DNA of 64,000 nt from Microthrixaceae bacterium (lineage in GTDB: Bacteria > Actinomycetota > Acidimicrobiia > Acidimicrobiales > VFJN01), in the NCBI GenBank assembly GCA_052386335.1, contig JBQTKH010000015.1, positions 3,383-67,382 of the forward strand, written 5' to 3'. Numbering within the stretch: position 1 is the first letter of the stretch; each line of letters begins with the position of its first letter. The translations under genes were made by a program, and so were the position numbers. Below, piece after piece: positions 10,998 to 21,063 of the stretch. The notes beneath the pieces were generated by a model that was given only the letters and a program-made list of their open reading frames with translations, was not told where the DNA came from and did not search any database.

Positions 10998-11369
10998 GTG
11001 CAACCAGCCGTGATCGACCGTGCCACCGCTGGTGATGTGGTCGCGCCGGGCAAGGTCCTTCGTCTGGCGGGGATGATCGACGCCATCGTCGAGGAGCTCC
11101 ATGCCCAACCCCTTGACGGCGGCAACCGTGCGCGGGTCCAGGTCATGTACCGCGACGCACTGGTCGAGATCGGGAGCACCCTGTCAGACACGCTCCTCGA
11201 GGAGCTGGCCCGCCTCCAACCGACCAAGGGCGTCAGCTCTGACGACGAGCTGAGGATCGACATCACGCTCCTGGCCGGGTGGCTGCGCGGACTTCGCTCA
11301 GGACTCGCGGCCGCTCAGGTGCCCTATGAGCTGCGGTCCGTGGAGGACTGCGCCGCCGCACGGGCCTGA
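10998..11369 (+). CDS. bacterial proteasome activator (Bpa/DUF2587)-like protein lacking the C-terminal GQYL tail
   Basis: GTG at 10998 in ORF 10797..11369. GKVLRLAGMIDAIVEELHAQPLD and DDELRIDITLLAGWLRGL align by eye with the Mycobacterium Bpa core (KVMRIGTMIKQLLEEVRAAPLD, DAELRIAQAQLVGWLEGL). Confidence 0.6.
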   Translation: MQPAVIDRATAGDVVAPGKVLRLAGMIDAIVEELHAQPLDGGNRARVQVMYRDALVEIGSTLSDTLLEELARLQPTKGVSSDDELRIDITLLAGWLRGLRSGLAAAQVPYELRSVEDCAAARA

Positions 11370-11374
11370 GCGCG

Positions 11375-11400
11375 ACGAGAGGCCCTCGCGGGCCTCTCGT
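11375..11400. terminator. GC-rich hairpin between the Bpa-like gene and tRNA-Val (putative bidirectional terminator)
   Basis: Perfect 11-bp stem ACGAGAGGCCC / GGGCCTCTCGT with a 4-nt loop, starting 6 nt after the stop at 11369. Confidence 0.45.
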
Positions 11401-11413
11401 GACGGGCTCTGGG

Positions 11414-11488
11414 TGGGCGATGGGGGACTCGAACCCTCGACCTCCTGCGTGTCGAGCAGGCGCTCTAACCAGACTGAGCTAATCGCCC
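11414..11488 (-). tRNA. tRNA-Val (anticodon GAC)
   Basis: The reverse complement reads GGGCGAT-TA-GCTCAGTCTGGTTAGAGC-G-CCTGC-TCGACAC-GCAGG-...GGTTCGAGTCC...-ATCGCCC-A. Acceptor and anticodon stems pair. CCA is not encoded. Confidence 0.85.
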
Positions 11489-11555
11489 GTGAGGGGGAGA
11501 CCATAGCAGGGGCCCTCCGACGCTCTGCAGCCGCGGATGCGTCGGGGACCGCCGA

Positions 11556-12464
11556 TCACACGACCTGGTTCGTGAGCGATCCGATGCCCTCGACCGCGAG
11601 GGTGACCTCGTCGCCTGGCCGCAGCCAGGGGAAGCGGTCGCGTCCGTGGACGAGCCCGAGCTCGAGGATGCACCCGGTGCCAACCGTGCCCGACCCGATG
11701 ACATCTCCGGGGCGCAGGCGGGTGGAGCGCGATGCGTGAGCGAGCAGCTCGCCCCACCCGAAGTGCAGATCGCCCAGCTCGCCGTGGCTCCACTCCACGC
11801 CGTTCACCGAGGCCGTCATCGCTCCCGAAGGCGCGCCTGCCGCACCGATCAGCTCGTCGGGGGTGACCAGCAAGGGCCCGAGCGCGGTGGCGAAGTCCTT
11901 CCCCTTGGCCGGACCCAGCCCCAGCGCCATCTCTCGCCGTTGCAGGTCGCGAGCCGACCAGTCGTTCATCACCGTGAAGCCGGCAACGACGTCGGACCAA
12001 TCCGCCGGGTCGAGGTCGGCGCACTCCACGCCGATCACCGCGGCCACCTCCAGCTCGTAGTCCAGCTCGTCGGTGGGCGGCATGCGGATCACATCGTCGG
12101 GGCCGACCACCGCGGCAGGGTTGGTGAAGTAGAAGACGGGCAGCTCGTACCAGTCGGGCTCCATCGCCAGACCGCGGCTCTGGCGCGCCGTGGCGGCGTG
12201 TGCCTCGAAGGCGTAGAAGTCCCGGATCGACGGGGGCTCGGGGATGGGTGCGAGCAGCTGCACGTCTTCGAGGGGCTCTGGTTCGCCGCAGTCGTGCTGG
12301 CTCAGGTCCCGTGCCATCGCGAGCTCGAGGAGGAGCTCTTGGCCCTCGCGCCCCACCCCCGAACCGAGTGAGGCGATTAGATCGTCGTCGTCGCCCTCGA
12401 CGACGACGACGCCGCCGACGTGCACGTGCCCGTCGCGCCCTGATCGATACCGAGCCAGCCTCAC
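11556..12464 (-). CDS. fumarylacetoacetate hydrolase (FAH) family protein
   Basis: 302-aa ORF with the FAH-fold motifs DYELEVAAVIG, GLGPAKGKDF and GDVIGSGTVG. It is the last gene of the homogentisate operon and overlaps the hmgA stop by 4 nt. Confidence 0.85.
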   Translation of the reverse strand: MRLARYRSGRDGHVHVGGVVVVEGDDDDLIASLGSGVGREGQELLLELAMARDLSQHDCGEPEPLEDVQLLAPIPEPPSIRDFYAFEAHAATARQSRGLAMEPDWYELPVFYFTNPAAVVGPDDVIRMPPTDELDYELEVAAVIGVECADLDPADWSDVVAGFTVMNDWSARDLQRREMALGLGPAKGKDFATALGPLLVTPDELIGAAGAPSGAMTASVNGVEWSHGELGDLHFGWGELLAHASRSTRLRPGDVIGSGTVGTGCILELGLVHGRDRFPWLRPGDEVTLAVEGIGSLTNQVV

Positions 12465-13585
12465 GCGTCAGGCCGCCACGAGCGCGCGTAGCCCTCCACG
12501 TCGAGATCCTTGGCCGCCTCACCCGGGAGGAGCGGGTGCCGAGCATCGATCATGATGGCGACCTCGTCAGCCATCCTGCGCTCGCCGGTGGGGTTGGCCG
12601 CCGCTGCGGCGTCACGAGCCCGCGCCCCCGGCTGGGGCCCATGGTGCAGCCCGAACGGGTGCCACGTGACCATGCCCTCGGCGATCCCGGCCCGCGAGAA
12701 GAACTCGCCTCGGTGGTAGAAGATCACCTCGTCGTAGTCGACGTTGCGGTGGAAGAACGGGAGCCGCAGCGCCTCCGGGTCGTCCTCGAGGGGGCGCGGC
12801 GCGAAGGTGCAGATCACGAACCCGTCCGCGACGAAGGTGGTGTGGGCCGACGGGGGCAGGTGGTAGCGCGCGGAGGTGACGGGGCGGATGTCGTCCACGT
12901 TGAGGCGCATCGGGGCCACATCACCCTTCCACCCGACCACGTCACACGGATGGAACGGGTAGGTGATGCGCGTGTCGTGCCCTCCCCGCTTGACCACCAC
13001 CGTGAACTCACCAGCTTCGTCGATGGCCTCGGCCTCGGGCACCTCGATCACGGCGGGGTCGAAGAGCGCGTGGCGCCCGAGCATCCCGCGGTCGGGGAGC
13101 CGGAAGCGCGACTCGTACGCCTCGACTACGAGGAGCTCGGTGACCTCAGAGGGCTCGACGCGATAGGTGGTGCCGCGCGGCACGATCAGGTAGTCGCCCA
13201 TCCGGTAGGTGAGCGGGCCGTACTCGGTGCGCAGCACGCCCGCACCCGAGTGCACGAAGAAGAGCTGGTCGCCATCGGCATCGCGGAGGAACTCCGGCCG
13301 ACCCCCCACCGCCACGCGCAAGAACGCGATCGATGTCTGGTGATTGCCGAGGAGGAGCGTGGGCCAGAGATCCGCGTCGCCCGAGAGGCGGCCGGTGTCG
13401 TAGGCATGATGGGCCGCGGGGCCCTCGACTGTCGTCCAGTCGGTCGGCGCGTGGAGCCGGTAGAGGTGGCTGGCGGGGCCATAGAAGCCGGAGCGCCCGT
13501 GCTCCTCCTCCACCGTCCCTGGTGGCAGCCCGACGTGGGCCTGGCGGCTCGTCACCCCTCGCACCCACTGCGGCAGGCCGTCCAT
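12461..13585 (-). CDS. hmgA: homogentisate 1,2-dioxygenase (short actinobacterial type)
   Basis: 374-aa ORF. FFHRNVDYDEVIFYH...VTWHPFGLHHGPQP resembles the HGD metal-binding region. It lies between hppD and the FAH gene. Confidence 0.8.
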   Translation of the reverse strand: MDGLPQWVRGVTSRQAHVGLPPGTVEEEHGRSGFYGPASHLYRLHAPTDWTTVEGPAAHHAYDTGRLSGDADLWPTLLLGNHQTSIAFLRVAVGGRPEFLRDADGDQLFFVHSGAGVLRTEYGPLTYRMGDYLIVPRGTTYRVEPSEVTELLVVEAYESRFRLPDRGMLGRHALFDPAVIEVPEAEAIDEAGEFTVVVKRGGHDTRITYPFHPCDVVGWKGDVAPMRLNVDDIRPVTSARYHLPPSAHTTFVADGFVICTFAPRPLEDDPEALRLPFFHRNVDYDEVIFYHRGEFFSRAGIAEGMVTWHPFGLHHGPQPGARARDAAAAANPTGERRMADEVAIMIDARHPLLPGEAAKDLDVEGYARSWRPDA

Positions 13586-13609
13586 CAGGCTTCCCCCTCT
13601 TGATCGACG

Positions 13610-14752
13610 CTACAGGTTGCCCCGGCGGGACTGTGCCCGCTCGATCGACTCGAACAGGGCCTTGAAGTTGCCTTCACCGAACCCCCGCGCGCCCTCACGC
13701 TGGATGATCTCGAAGAAGACGGTGGGACGATCCGTGAGCGTCTCGGTGAAGATCTGCAGGAGATGCCCGTCGTGGTCTCGGTCGACCAGGATCCCGAGCG
13801 GCGCCAACGTGTCCCACGGCAGCTCCACGTCGGTCAGCCGCGTCCGCGCCTCGACGTAGTACTCGGCCGGGACCTCCATGAAGCGGACACCGCGCGCCCG
13901 CAGCGCCCGGACCGAGGCCACGATGTCCTCGGTGTGGAGCGCGATGTGCTGGACACCCGGGGAGCCGTAGAAGTCGAGGTACTCCTCGATCTGGCTCTTG
14001 CGGCGGCCCTGCGCCGGCTCGTTGATCGGCAGCACGACCTGGTCGTGGTTCCACACCACGGTGGACATCAGCGCCGAGTACTCCGTGGAGATCTGGTCTT
14101 CGCTGAAGTGGGTGAGCTGGTCGAACCCGAGGACGTCCTCGTAGTAGCCGACCCATTCGTCGAGTCGACCTTGCTCGACGTTTGCCACGACGTGGTCGAG
14201 CCGGCTGATCCCCACCTCCGGACCGACGGGGCGGGTGAGGTCGGTGAGCTCGAACTGCGGCGCGAACGGGCCCTGGTAGTGGCTGCGGTCGAGGAAGGTG
14301 TGGACGGTCTGACCGTACGCACGGATGGCAGCGTGGTGGATCACCCCGTGCTCGTCGGTGTCCGTGGCGGGCGCGCGCTGCGACACGGCCCCGCGCGCGA
14401 CCGCCGCGGCGAAGGCGGCCTCGACGTCGTCGACGAGGAAGCAGATGTCCCGGACCCCGTCACCGTGCACGAGGACGTGGTCGGCGATGGGGCTGTCGGA
14501 GCTGAGCCCGCCTGACACCATGAAGCGCACCTTGCCCTGCTGGAGCAGGTAGCTGACGCGGTCGCGCCGGCCCGTCTCCGGCCCGGCGTAGGCCACCACG
14601 TCGAAGCCGAACGCGGACGCGAGGAACGCCGTGAAGGCCCGCGCGTTGCCGACCCACCATTCGAGGTGGTCGATGCCGCCCAGGTTGGGAGCCGGTGGCC
14701 AGGTGGCCTCGGCCTCGGCCTCGGGTGTCGCCGATCCCGCAACGGAGGTCAT
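13610..14752 (-). CDS. hppD: 4-hydroxyphenylpyruvate dioxygenase
   Basis: ATG at 14752 inside ORF 13610..14959. Motifs are HLEWWVGNA, GVQHIALHTEDI, LLQIFT and the C-terminal FFEIIQREGARGFGEGNFKALFESIE, all typical of HppD. Confidence 0.9.
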   Translation of the reverse strand: MTSVAGSATPEAEAEATWPPAPNLGGIDHLEWWVGNARAFTAFLASAFGFDVVAYAGPETGRRDRVSYLLQQGKVRFMVSGGLSSDSPIADHVLVHGDGVRDICFLVDDVEAAFAAAVARGAVSQRAPATDTDEHGVIHHAAIRAYGQTVHTFLDRSHYQGPFAPQFELTDLTRPVGPEVGISRLDHVVANVEQGRLDEWVGYYEDVLGFDQLTHFSEDQISTEYSALMSTVVWNHDQVVLPINEPAQGRRKSQIEEYLDFYGSPGVQHIALHTEDIVASVRALRARGVRFMEVPAEYYVEARTRLTDVELPWDTLAPLGILVDRDHDGHLLQIFTETLTDRPTVFFEIIQREGARGFGEGNFKALFESIERAQSRRGNL

Positions 14753-15573
14753 CGCTCCACTCCCGCCTCGTGGTCGGCCCACAGTCCGTCCCAGAAGACC
14801 TGCACGCCATCGAGCATGCGCGTGGCTCCGGCCAGGAACCGCTCTTCGTCGAACCACGGCTGCCCATAAGCCTCGACGAGCTCGTCGGCCGTGTGCGCCG
14901 CGTGCTGATCCTCCACCTTGTCGTGCCAGGTCCAGAAGGCCAGCGGCAGCTCCGGGCACTCGCGGGCCTTGTACGCCTCGAGACCTGCGATCAGCTCCTT
15001 CCAGAAGCCGGAGGCAGCCCAGTGCTCGACGGCGTAGCTGGCCCCCTCGGCCGTGGCTGCGTCGTCTGAGCCGTACACCTCGAGCAGCTCGTCACAGAAG
15101 AACAGCGTGGGAGCGGTGCCGTGGCGACGCTTGCCGACGTCGTCGAAGGCGAGACCGAGGGGCTTGGCGAAGCGGAGCAACCACTCGAAGTGCGCGGCAC
15201 CGAAGCGGAAGCGGCCCCCGTCAACCGTGCCCTCGGTGGCGACGAGATCGGGATCGGTGTCAGCCGATGCGTCGACCGACCCGCCGCGCCGGCCCGCGTT
15301 GAACACCACGCCGAGCTCGTTGAGGAGGATCTCCTTGCCGGTGCGATAGGTGTCGAGGTCGGCGGCGTTGATGACCTTGCGGAGCTGTGCCTCGACGAAG
15401 AGGTGGCTGAACACCGAGAACTGCACGGTGAGGTGGCGGACCTCCCCCCGACCCGCCTCGCCGAGCGAGAACCAGCGCGTGTAGCGGTTGTCGTGCACGA
15501 CGGGATGGCGCGCGACGAGGTCGTCGACCCGCGACCGGAACGCGTCGATCCTCGGTTCGGTGGTGAGCGACAT
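14749..15573 (-). CDS. heme-oxygenase-like (iron-containing redox enzyme family) protein
   Basis: 274-aa all-helical-looking ORF with spaced Glu/His pairs (FVEAQL, HFEWLL, AVEHWAASG, KVEDQHAAHT), as in TenA/PqqC/heme-oxygenase-like di-iron proteins. Its stop overlaps the hppD start in an ATGA. Confidence 0.55.
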   Translation of the reverse strand: MSLTTEPRIDAFRSRVDDLVARHPVVHDNRYTRWFSLGEAGRGEVRHLTVQFSVFSHLFVEAQLRKVINAADLDTYRTGKEILLNELGVVFNAGRRGGSVDASADTDPDLVATEGTVDGGRFRFGAAHFEWLLRFAKPLGLAFDDVGKRRHGTAPTLFFCDELLEVYGSDDAATAEGASYAVEHWAASGFWKELIAGLEAYKARECPELPLAFWTWHDKVEDQHAAHTADELVEAYGQPWFDEERFLAGATRMLDGVQVFWDGLWADHEAGVER

Positions 15574-15700
15574 GAGATCCTCCGCGCGATTGGACGTCTT
15601 GCGCCCCCAGCACAGACCATGCGGTGAGGAACGTCAAGCAAACGAGGATTACCTGAGCATCTTGTGCAGCGTCTGCCCCCGTGTGCTAGACATCCTGCTC
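15574..15700. promoter_or_regulatory. divergent promoter/operator region between the homogentisate operon and the lrp-like regulator
   Basis: 127-bp intergenic gap between divergently transcribed genes. It is noticeably more A/T-rich than the flanks (e.g. CAAACGAGGATTACCTGAGCATCTTGTGC). No specific sites were mapped. Confidence 0.3.
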
Positions 15701-16216
15701 ATGTTGCCCAGCGGAATCGACACCCTCGACGCCAAGCTCATCCAAGCCATGTGCGAGACCCCGAGAGCCGGGGTGATGGAGCTCGCCCGTCAGCTCGGTG
15801 TCGCGCGGGGAACCGTACAGGCTCGCCTCGACAAGCTCCAGAAGCGCGGCATCATCAGCGGGTTCGACCCGGACCTCGACCTGCAGGCGATGGGCTACGA
15901 GGTGCTCGCCTTCGTGATGCTCGAGATCGCCCAGGGGCGGCTCGACGACGTCATCACCCATTTGAAGAGCATCCCCGAGGTCCTCGAAGCGCACGCCACC
16001 ACCGGCCAGGGCGACCTGCACTGCCGCGTGGTCGCCCGCACGAACGCGCACCTCCAGTTCGTGCTCGGACGGGTGCTCGAGGTGCCGGGCATCGTGCGCA
16101 CGACCACGCAGATCGCGCTGAGCGAGCAGGTGCGCCACCGGGTGCTGCCGCTCGTCGCCCAGGTGATCGACGACGCCGACCAGGCACCGGAGCGCCGCAG
16201 GTCAGCTCGCCGCTGA
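15701..16216 (+). CDS. Lrp/AsnC family transcriptional regulator
   Basis: ATG at 15701 in ORF 15488..16216. N-terminal HTH (LDAKLIQAMCETPRAGVMELARQLGVARGTVQARLDKLQKRGII) followed by an AsnC-type ligand-binding domain. Confidence 0.85.
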   Translation: MLPSGIDTLDAKLIQAMCETPRAGVMELARQLGVARGTVQARLDKLQKRGIISGFDPDLDLQAMGYEVLAFVMLEIAQGRLDDVITHLKSIPEVLEAHATTGQGDLHCRVVARTNAHLQFVLGRVLEVPGIVRTTTQIALSEQVRHRVLPLVAQVIDDADQAPERRRSARR

Positions 16217-16218
16217 CG

Positions 16219-18060
16219 ATGACCGACACCGCGCTCCCGATCGGCTCCGACAGCAACGCCGTGCCTCGCTCGGCCACTCCCCCGCTGCGCCAGCTGTGGC
16301 GACATGCTCAGCGCCATCGGGGCCGCGTGATCTTCGCCAGCGTGTTCTCCGTGCTGAACAAGATCTGCGATGTGGCACCCGAGATCCTGATCGGGGCCGC
16401 CGTCGACGTGGTCGCCAACCCGTCGGGACGCTCGTTCGTGGGCCGCCTGTTCGGCGTCGAGGACCGCTTCGACCAGCTCACGATCCTGGCGGTCATCACG
16501 GTGGCGGTGTGGGTCGCGGAGTCCATCACCGACTACATCGCCGACATCACCTGGCGGAACCTCGCACAGTCGATCGAGCACGACACCCGCATGGAGGCCT
16601 ACGCCCACGTGCAGCACCTCGAGCTCGCGTACTTCGAGGATCGTTCCTCGGGCGGGCTGATGGCCGTGCTGAACGACGACGTCAACCAGCTCGAGCGCTT
16701 CCTCGACATGGGTGCGAACGAGCTGATCCTCACGGCGGCGAACGTGGCGCTCGTCGGGGTGACGTTCTTCGTCATCTCGCCTGTGCTCGCCCTCCTCGCG
16801 TTCCTGCCGATCCCGGTGATCGTCCTCGGGTCGCTGCGGTACCAGCGGACCCTCGAGAAGCGCTACGACGCGGTGCGTGCGGCCGCCGGACGCATCGCCG
16901 ACACCCTCACGAACAACCTCGGCGGCATCGCCACGATCAAGGCGTTCAACGCCGAGGACCGCGAGGTAGACCGCGTGGCGGTCGACAGCCTCGCCTACTC
17001 CACGGCCAACGCCGACGCGATCCGCTACTCCAGCGCGTTCATCCCGCTCATCCGCATGGCGATCCTCGCCGGGTTCACGATGACGCTCGTCGTCGGGGGT
17101 CACGCCACGCTCAACGGCACGCTCGAGCTGGGGCTGTTCTCCACGCTCGTGTACATGACCCAACGGCTGCTGTGGCCGCTCACCCGGCTGGGCGAGATGC
17201 TCGACCTCTACCAACGGGCGATGGCGTCGAGCCGCCGCATCTTCGGCCTGCTCGAGGTGACGTCGTCGATCCAACCGGGCACCCGCGCCCTACCAGCGCC
17301 GGTGGCCGGCCACGTGCAGTTCCTCGACGTGCGGTTCGCGTACGGCGACGGCGCCGGCGGCGAGGTGCTCAAGGGCCTCACCCTCGACATCCCTGCCGGC
17401 GAGACCCACGCCATCGTCGGTGCCACCGGCGCCGGGAAGAGCACGATCGTGAAGCTGCTGCTCCGGCTCTACGAGCCGACGAGCGGCCAGGTGCTCCTCG
17501 ACGGCGTCGACACCAAGGACCTCACCTGGGGATCGCTGCGCGGCGCGATGGGCTTCGTGAGCCAGGACGTGTTCCTGTTCCAGGGGACCGTGCGCGAGAA
17601 CCTCACCTACGGGCGCCCCGGCGCCACCATGGACGACGTGGTGCGGGCGGCCACCCTCGCCGAGGCCCACAGCTTCATCCAGACGCTCCCCGATGGCTAC
17701 GACACGATCGTCGGCGAGCGCGGCCAGAAGCTCTCCGGCGGGCAGCGCCAGCGCCTCACGATCGCCCGCGCCATCGTGCGAGACCCCGCCGTCCTGGTGC
17801 TCGACGAAGCCACCTCGGCCGTCGACAACGAGACCGAAGCCGCCATCCAGCGCTCGCTCGCCCGCGTGGCGGCCGACCGCACCACGATCGTGATCGCCCA
17901 CCGCCTCTCCACCGTGCGCCACGCGCATCGCATCCACGTGCTCGAAGCCGGCGAGGTGATCGAGGCCGGCACCCACGAGGAGCTGGTCGAGGCCGGCGGT
18001 CTCTACGCCGCCCTGTGGCGCGTGCAGACCGGCGAGGCCACCGACAATCCGGTGCTCTAG
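16219..18060 (+). CDS. ABC exporter, fused permease/ATP-binding protein (MsbA/type I exporter-like)
   Basis: ATG at 16219 in ORF 15664..18060. Six-TM N-terminal half, Walker [10 protein letters not shown], signature LSGGQRQRL, Walker [13 protein letters not shown]. Confidence 0.9.
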   Translation: MTDTALPIGSDSNAVPRSATPPLRQLWRHAQRHRGRVIFASVFSVLNKICDVAPEILIGAAVDVVANPSGRSFVGRLFGVEDRFDQLTILAVITVAVWVAESITDYIADITWRNLAQSIEHDTRMEAYAHVQHLELAYFEDRSSGGLMAVLNDDVNQLERFLDMGANELILTAANVALVGVTFFVISPVLALLAFLPIPVIVLGSLRYQRTLEKRYDAVRAAAGRIADTLTNNLGGIATIKAFNAEDREVDRVAVDSLAYSTANADAIRYSSAFIPLIRMAILAGFTMTLVVGGHATLNGTLELGLFSTLVYMTQRLLWPLTRLGEMLDLYQRAMASSRRIFGLLEVTSSIQPGTRALPAPVAGHVQFLDVRFAYGDGAGGEVLKGLTLDIPAGETHAIVGATGAGKSTIVKLLLRLYEPTSGQVLLDGVDTKDLTWGSLRGAMGFVSQDVFLFQGTVRENLTYGRPGATMDDVVRAATLAEAHSFIQTLPDGYDTIVGERGQKLSGGQRQRLTIARAIVRDPAVLVLDEATSAVDNETEAAIQRSLARVAADRTTIVIAHRLSTVRHAHRIHVLEAGEVIEAGTHEELVEAGGLYAALWRVQTGEATDNPVL

Positions 18061-21035
18061 TCCTCCGGGGCGAAGCCTTGGCGGAGGGTGTTCTCGGTGC
18101 TGACGCGGGGGTCGAGGAAGTGGTGGAGGTAGTCGGGTCCGCCGGCCTTGGAGCCGGCGCCGCTCATGCCGTAGCCACCGAAGGGCTGGCGGCCCACCAC
18201 CGCGCCGGTGATGGCCCGGTTGAGGTAGACGTTGCCGGCGCGCAGCTCGGCGGCGGCCCGCTCGAGGTGCACCGGTGAGCGGGAGAACACGCCGGCGGTG
18301 AGTGCGTAGTCGGTGTCGTTGGCCAGCGTGAGCGCGTGGTCGAAGTCGGTGGCCCGCAACATCGTGAGCACCGGGCCGAAGATCTCCTCGGTGGCGATCG
18401 GGGCGTGGGGATCGTCGACGGCCACGATCGTGGGGCCGACGAACCAGCCGCCGTATGGCACATCAGTGCGCGCGAGGAGCACCGTGCCTTGCGACGGTGC
18501 CTGCTCCACGTAGCGGCACACCCGATCGTGAGCGTCTGCGTCGATGAGTGGGCCTACCTGCACACCCGGCGTGGCCGGGTGTCCGACGAGCAGCTCGCGT
18601 GAGCACCCCACGAGCCGCTCCATCACCTGGTCGTAGACCGCGTCGTGCACGATCACGCGGGACGCGGCCGAGCACTTCTGGCCGGCGTAGCCGAACGCGC
18701 TGTAGGCGACGGCGGGCACCGCCTGGTCGGGGTCGGCATCGGCGTCGATGATCAGCGCGTTCTTGCCCCCCAGCTCGCACACGACCTTCTTGATGTGGCG
18801 CTGCCCGGGGTGGGTGACCGCGGCGGCCGCGTAGATCCCGAGGCCCACCGGCCGCGACCCCGTGAACGCGATGACCGCTACCTCGGGGTGGGCGACGAGC
18901 CGCGCGCCGACGGTCTCGCCCGGACCCGGAAGGAGCTGGAACACCCCGGGAGGTGCACCTGCTGCCAGCAGCGCCTCCGCCAGCCGCCACGCAACGCCGG
19001 GCGTCTGCTCCGCCGGCTTGAGGATCACCGGGTTGCCCGCCGCGAGGGCGGCGACGGTCATGCCGCAGGGGATCGCCAGCGGGAAGTTCCACGGTGAGAT
19101 CACCGCGGTGACACCCTTGCCCTGGTAGGTGAGGCGGTTGCGCTCCCCCGGCGGCGACTGGACGAGGTGGGCGGCACCGTCGGCGAGCCGCAGGATCTCC
19201 CGGCCGTAGTACTCGCAGAAGTCGATCGCCTCGCAGACATCCCCGTCGGCCTGGTCCCAGGGCTTGCCCGCCTCGAAGCACTCGAGCGCGGCGATCCGGT
19301 CGCGCTGCTGGCGCATCCACTGGGCGGCACGGAACAAGACGGCGGCCCGCTCGACGACAGGCGTCGAGCGCCATCGGGGTGCCACGCGGCCAGCCGCGGC
19401 GACTGCCGCGTCGGCATCGGCGGCGGTGCAGGCCGCCGAGGTGGCGATCACCCGGTCGATCTGCGCGGGGTCGACCGAGGCGATGGTGGCGGAGGTGTGG
19501 ACGAGCTCGCCATCGATCAGGGCCGGCACGGTGATCCCGACGTCGCCTCGGGTGCTGTCGATGGCCACCGCGAACGATGCTCGAGCAGAGCCACGGCGCC
19601 ACTCCCGCAAGGGCTCCGGTGCATAGGGCGACGGCCGCGTGGCGTCGGTCTCGGGAACCTCCGGGGGTTCGGTGGGGCCGGGCAGACGAGCGACGTCCGG
19701 TGGGGCCACGAGCGCCTCGAGGGCGCGGCCCTCCGCGAAGCGGTGACGCACGAAGCTCTCGTTCGACGTGTTCTCCAGCAGTCGGCGCACGAGGTAGGCC
19801 ATGCCCGGTACGAGCTCGCCCACCGGCCCGTACACGCGCAGCCGCAAGCCCAGGCGCTTGATGGCCGCGTGCACGGGTTCGGCCATCCCGTAGAGGAGCT
19901 GGATCTCGTAGGCGTGGTCGGCCAGGCCGATCTGTCGGCCATAGCTCACCGCATAGGCGAGGGAGCGCAGGTTGTGGGAGCCGAACGCGGCCCGAACCGC
20001 GCCGTGGTGGTCGTGGAGCAGGCGCGTGCACAGCTCGTAGCTCGCGTCGGTCTCCTGCTTGTGCTGGAAGACCGGTGGTTCCCACCCCGCCGCTCGGGCG
20101 TGCACGGTCTCCGCGTCCCAGTAGGCGCCCTTCACGAGGCGGACAGTGATGGGTCGAGTCCGCGTGCCCGACCATGCGATCAGGTCGGCGAGGTCGTCGC
20201 GCGCGTCTCGCAGGAACGCCTGGATCACCACACCGGCGTGGACATCGGCGAACTCGTCCTCGCTGAGCAGATCCCGGAACAGCGCGAGGGTGAGGTCCTT
20301 GGCGTCGTAGTGCTCCATGTCGAAGTGGACGTGCGCGCCTCGATCGCGCGCGCGGCGCAGGATCGGACGGATCCGCTCCTTGGCCGACGTGAGGCCCTCG
20401 ACGCGGCTGAGAGGTTCGTAGTGCGTGGCCAGCGCGGTGGGCTTGATGCTCACGTTCACCCGCGGCAGTGCGCCGAGGTCATCGCGGTCGAGGTGGTCAT
20501 CAGGAGCCCAGCCCGGGGCCGCGTCGCACAGCGCGTCGAGCAGCTCGAGCACCCTCGCCTGATAGCGGTCGGCCTCCGCGGCCACGACGGTCTTCTCGCC
20601 CAGCAGGTCGACGGTCGCCGCCGAACCCGCCCGCCAGAGCGCGTGGAGCCGGAGCACCGCCTCGGCCGGAGTCTCCCCCACGATGAACTGCTGTGCCATC
20701 CGGGCGATGTTCTTGCGGGCGACCCGGGCCTCGACGGCCGCGCCGAAGGGGACCTTGTCCGCGACATCGATGCCGAGGTCGAGGGCCTTGGGCACATCGA
20801 CGCCGTCGAAGTACTCCGCGAGGTGGCGGGCGATGTCGTCGCTGCCGTCGAGGGCCGGGAAGACATCGACGAACCGGAACAGCTGCGTCTTGAAGTCCGG
20901 GCGCGCCATCGCCCAGTCCATCATGCGATCGCTCCACCACGACATGCGAAAGACGCGAGATCGTTCCCCGTCGCCCAGCGTTGCGATGCGGCGCGCGAGC
21001 GCCTGCGTGTCGCGCTCGACGGCGGCCGGATCCAT
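18057..21035 (-). CDS. putA: bifunctional proline dehydrogenase / L-glutamate gamma-semialdehyde dehydrogenase
   Basis: 992-aa ORF. The N-terminal half is PRODH TIM-barrel-like (VRLVKGAYWD, YLVRRLLENTSNESF). The C-terminal half is an aldehyde dehydrogenase (ELGGKNA, GQKCSA, EEIFGPV). Confidence 0.9.
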   Translation of the reverse strand: MDPAAVERDTQALARRIATLGDGERSRVFRMSWWSDRMMDWAMARPDFKTQLFRFVDVFPALDGSDDIARHLAEYFDGVDVPKALDLGIDVADKVPFGAAVEARVARKNIARMAQQFIVGETPAEAVLRLHALWRAGSAATVDLLGEKTVVAAEADRYQARVLELLDALCDAAPGWAPDDHLDRDDLGALPRVNVSIKPTALATHYEPLSRVEGLTSAKERIRPILRRARDRGAHVHFDMEHYDAKDLTLALFRDLLSEDEFADVHAGVVIQAFLRDARDDLADLIAWSGTRTRPITVRLVKGAYWDAETVHARAAGWEPPVFQHKQETDASYELCTRLLHDHHGAVRAAFGSHNLRSLAYAVSYGRQIGLADHAYEIQLLYGMAEPVHAAIKRLGLRLRVYGPVGELVPGMAYLVRRLLENTSNESFVRHRFAEGRALEALVAPPDVARLPGPTEPPEVPETDATRPSPYAPEPLREWRRGSARASFAVAIDSTRGDVGITVPALIDGELVHTSATIASVDPAQIDRVIATSAACTAADADAAVAAAGRVAPRWRSTPVVERAAVLFRAAQWMRQQRDRIAALECFEAGKPWDQADGDVCEAIDFCEYYGREILRLADGAAHLVQSPPGERNRLTYQGKGVTAVISPWNFPLAIPCGMTVAALAAGNPVILKPAEQTPGVAWRLAEALLAAGAPPGVFQLLPGPGETVGARLVAHPEVAVIAFTGSRPVGLGIYAAAAVTHPGQRHIKKVVCELGGKNALIIDADADPDQAVPAVAYSAFGYAGQKCSAASRVIVHDAVYDQVMERLVGCSRELLVGHPATPGVQVGPLIDADAHDRVCRYVEQAPSQGTVLLARTDVPYGGWFVGPTIVAVDDPHAPIATEEIFGPVLTMLRATDFDHALTLANDTDYALTAGVFSRSPVHLERAAAELRAGNVYLNRAITGAVVGRQPFGGYGMSGAGSKAGGPDYLHHFLDPRVSTENTLRQGFAPED

Positions 21036-21063
21036 CGTGCGACGGTACCCGTGCAGGTTGCTG

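Noticed and set aside
15664-16218. N-terminal 185-aa extension of the ABC exporter ORF (15664..18060).
   Set aside because: It overlaps the well-supported Lrp-family gene in another frame and is Arg/Pro-rich. An ATG at 16219, 3 nt after the lrp stop, gives a normal exporter N-terminus.
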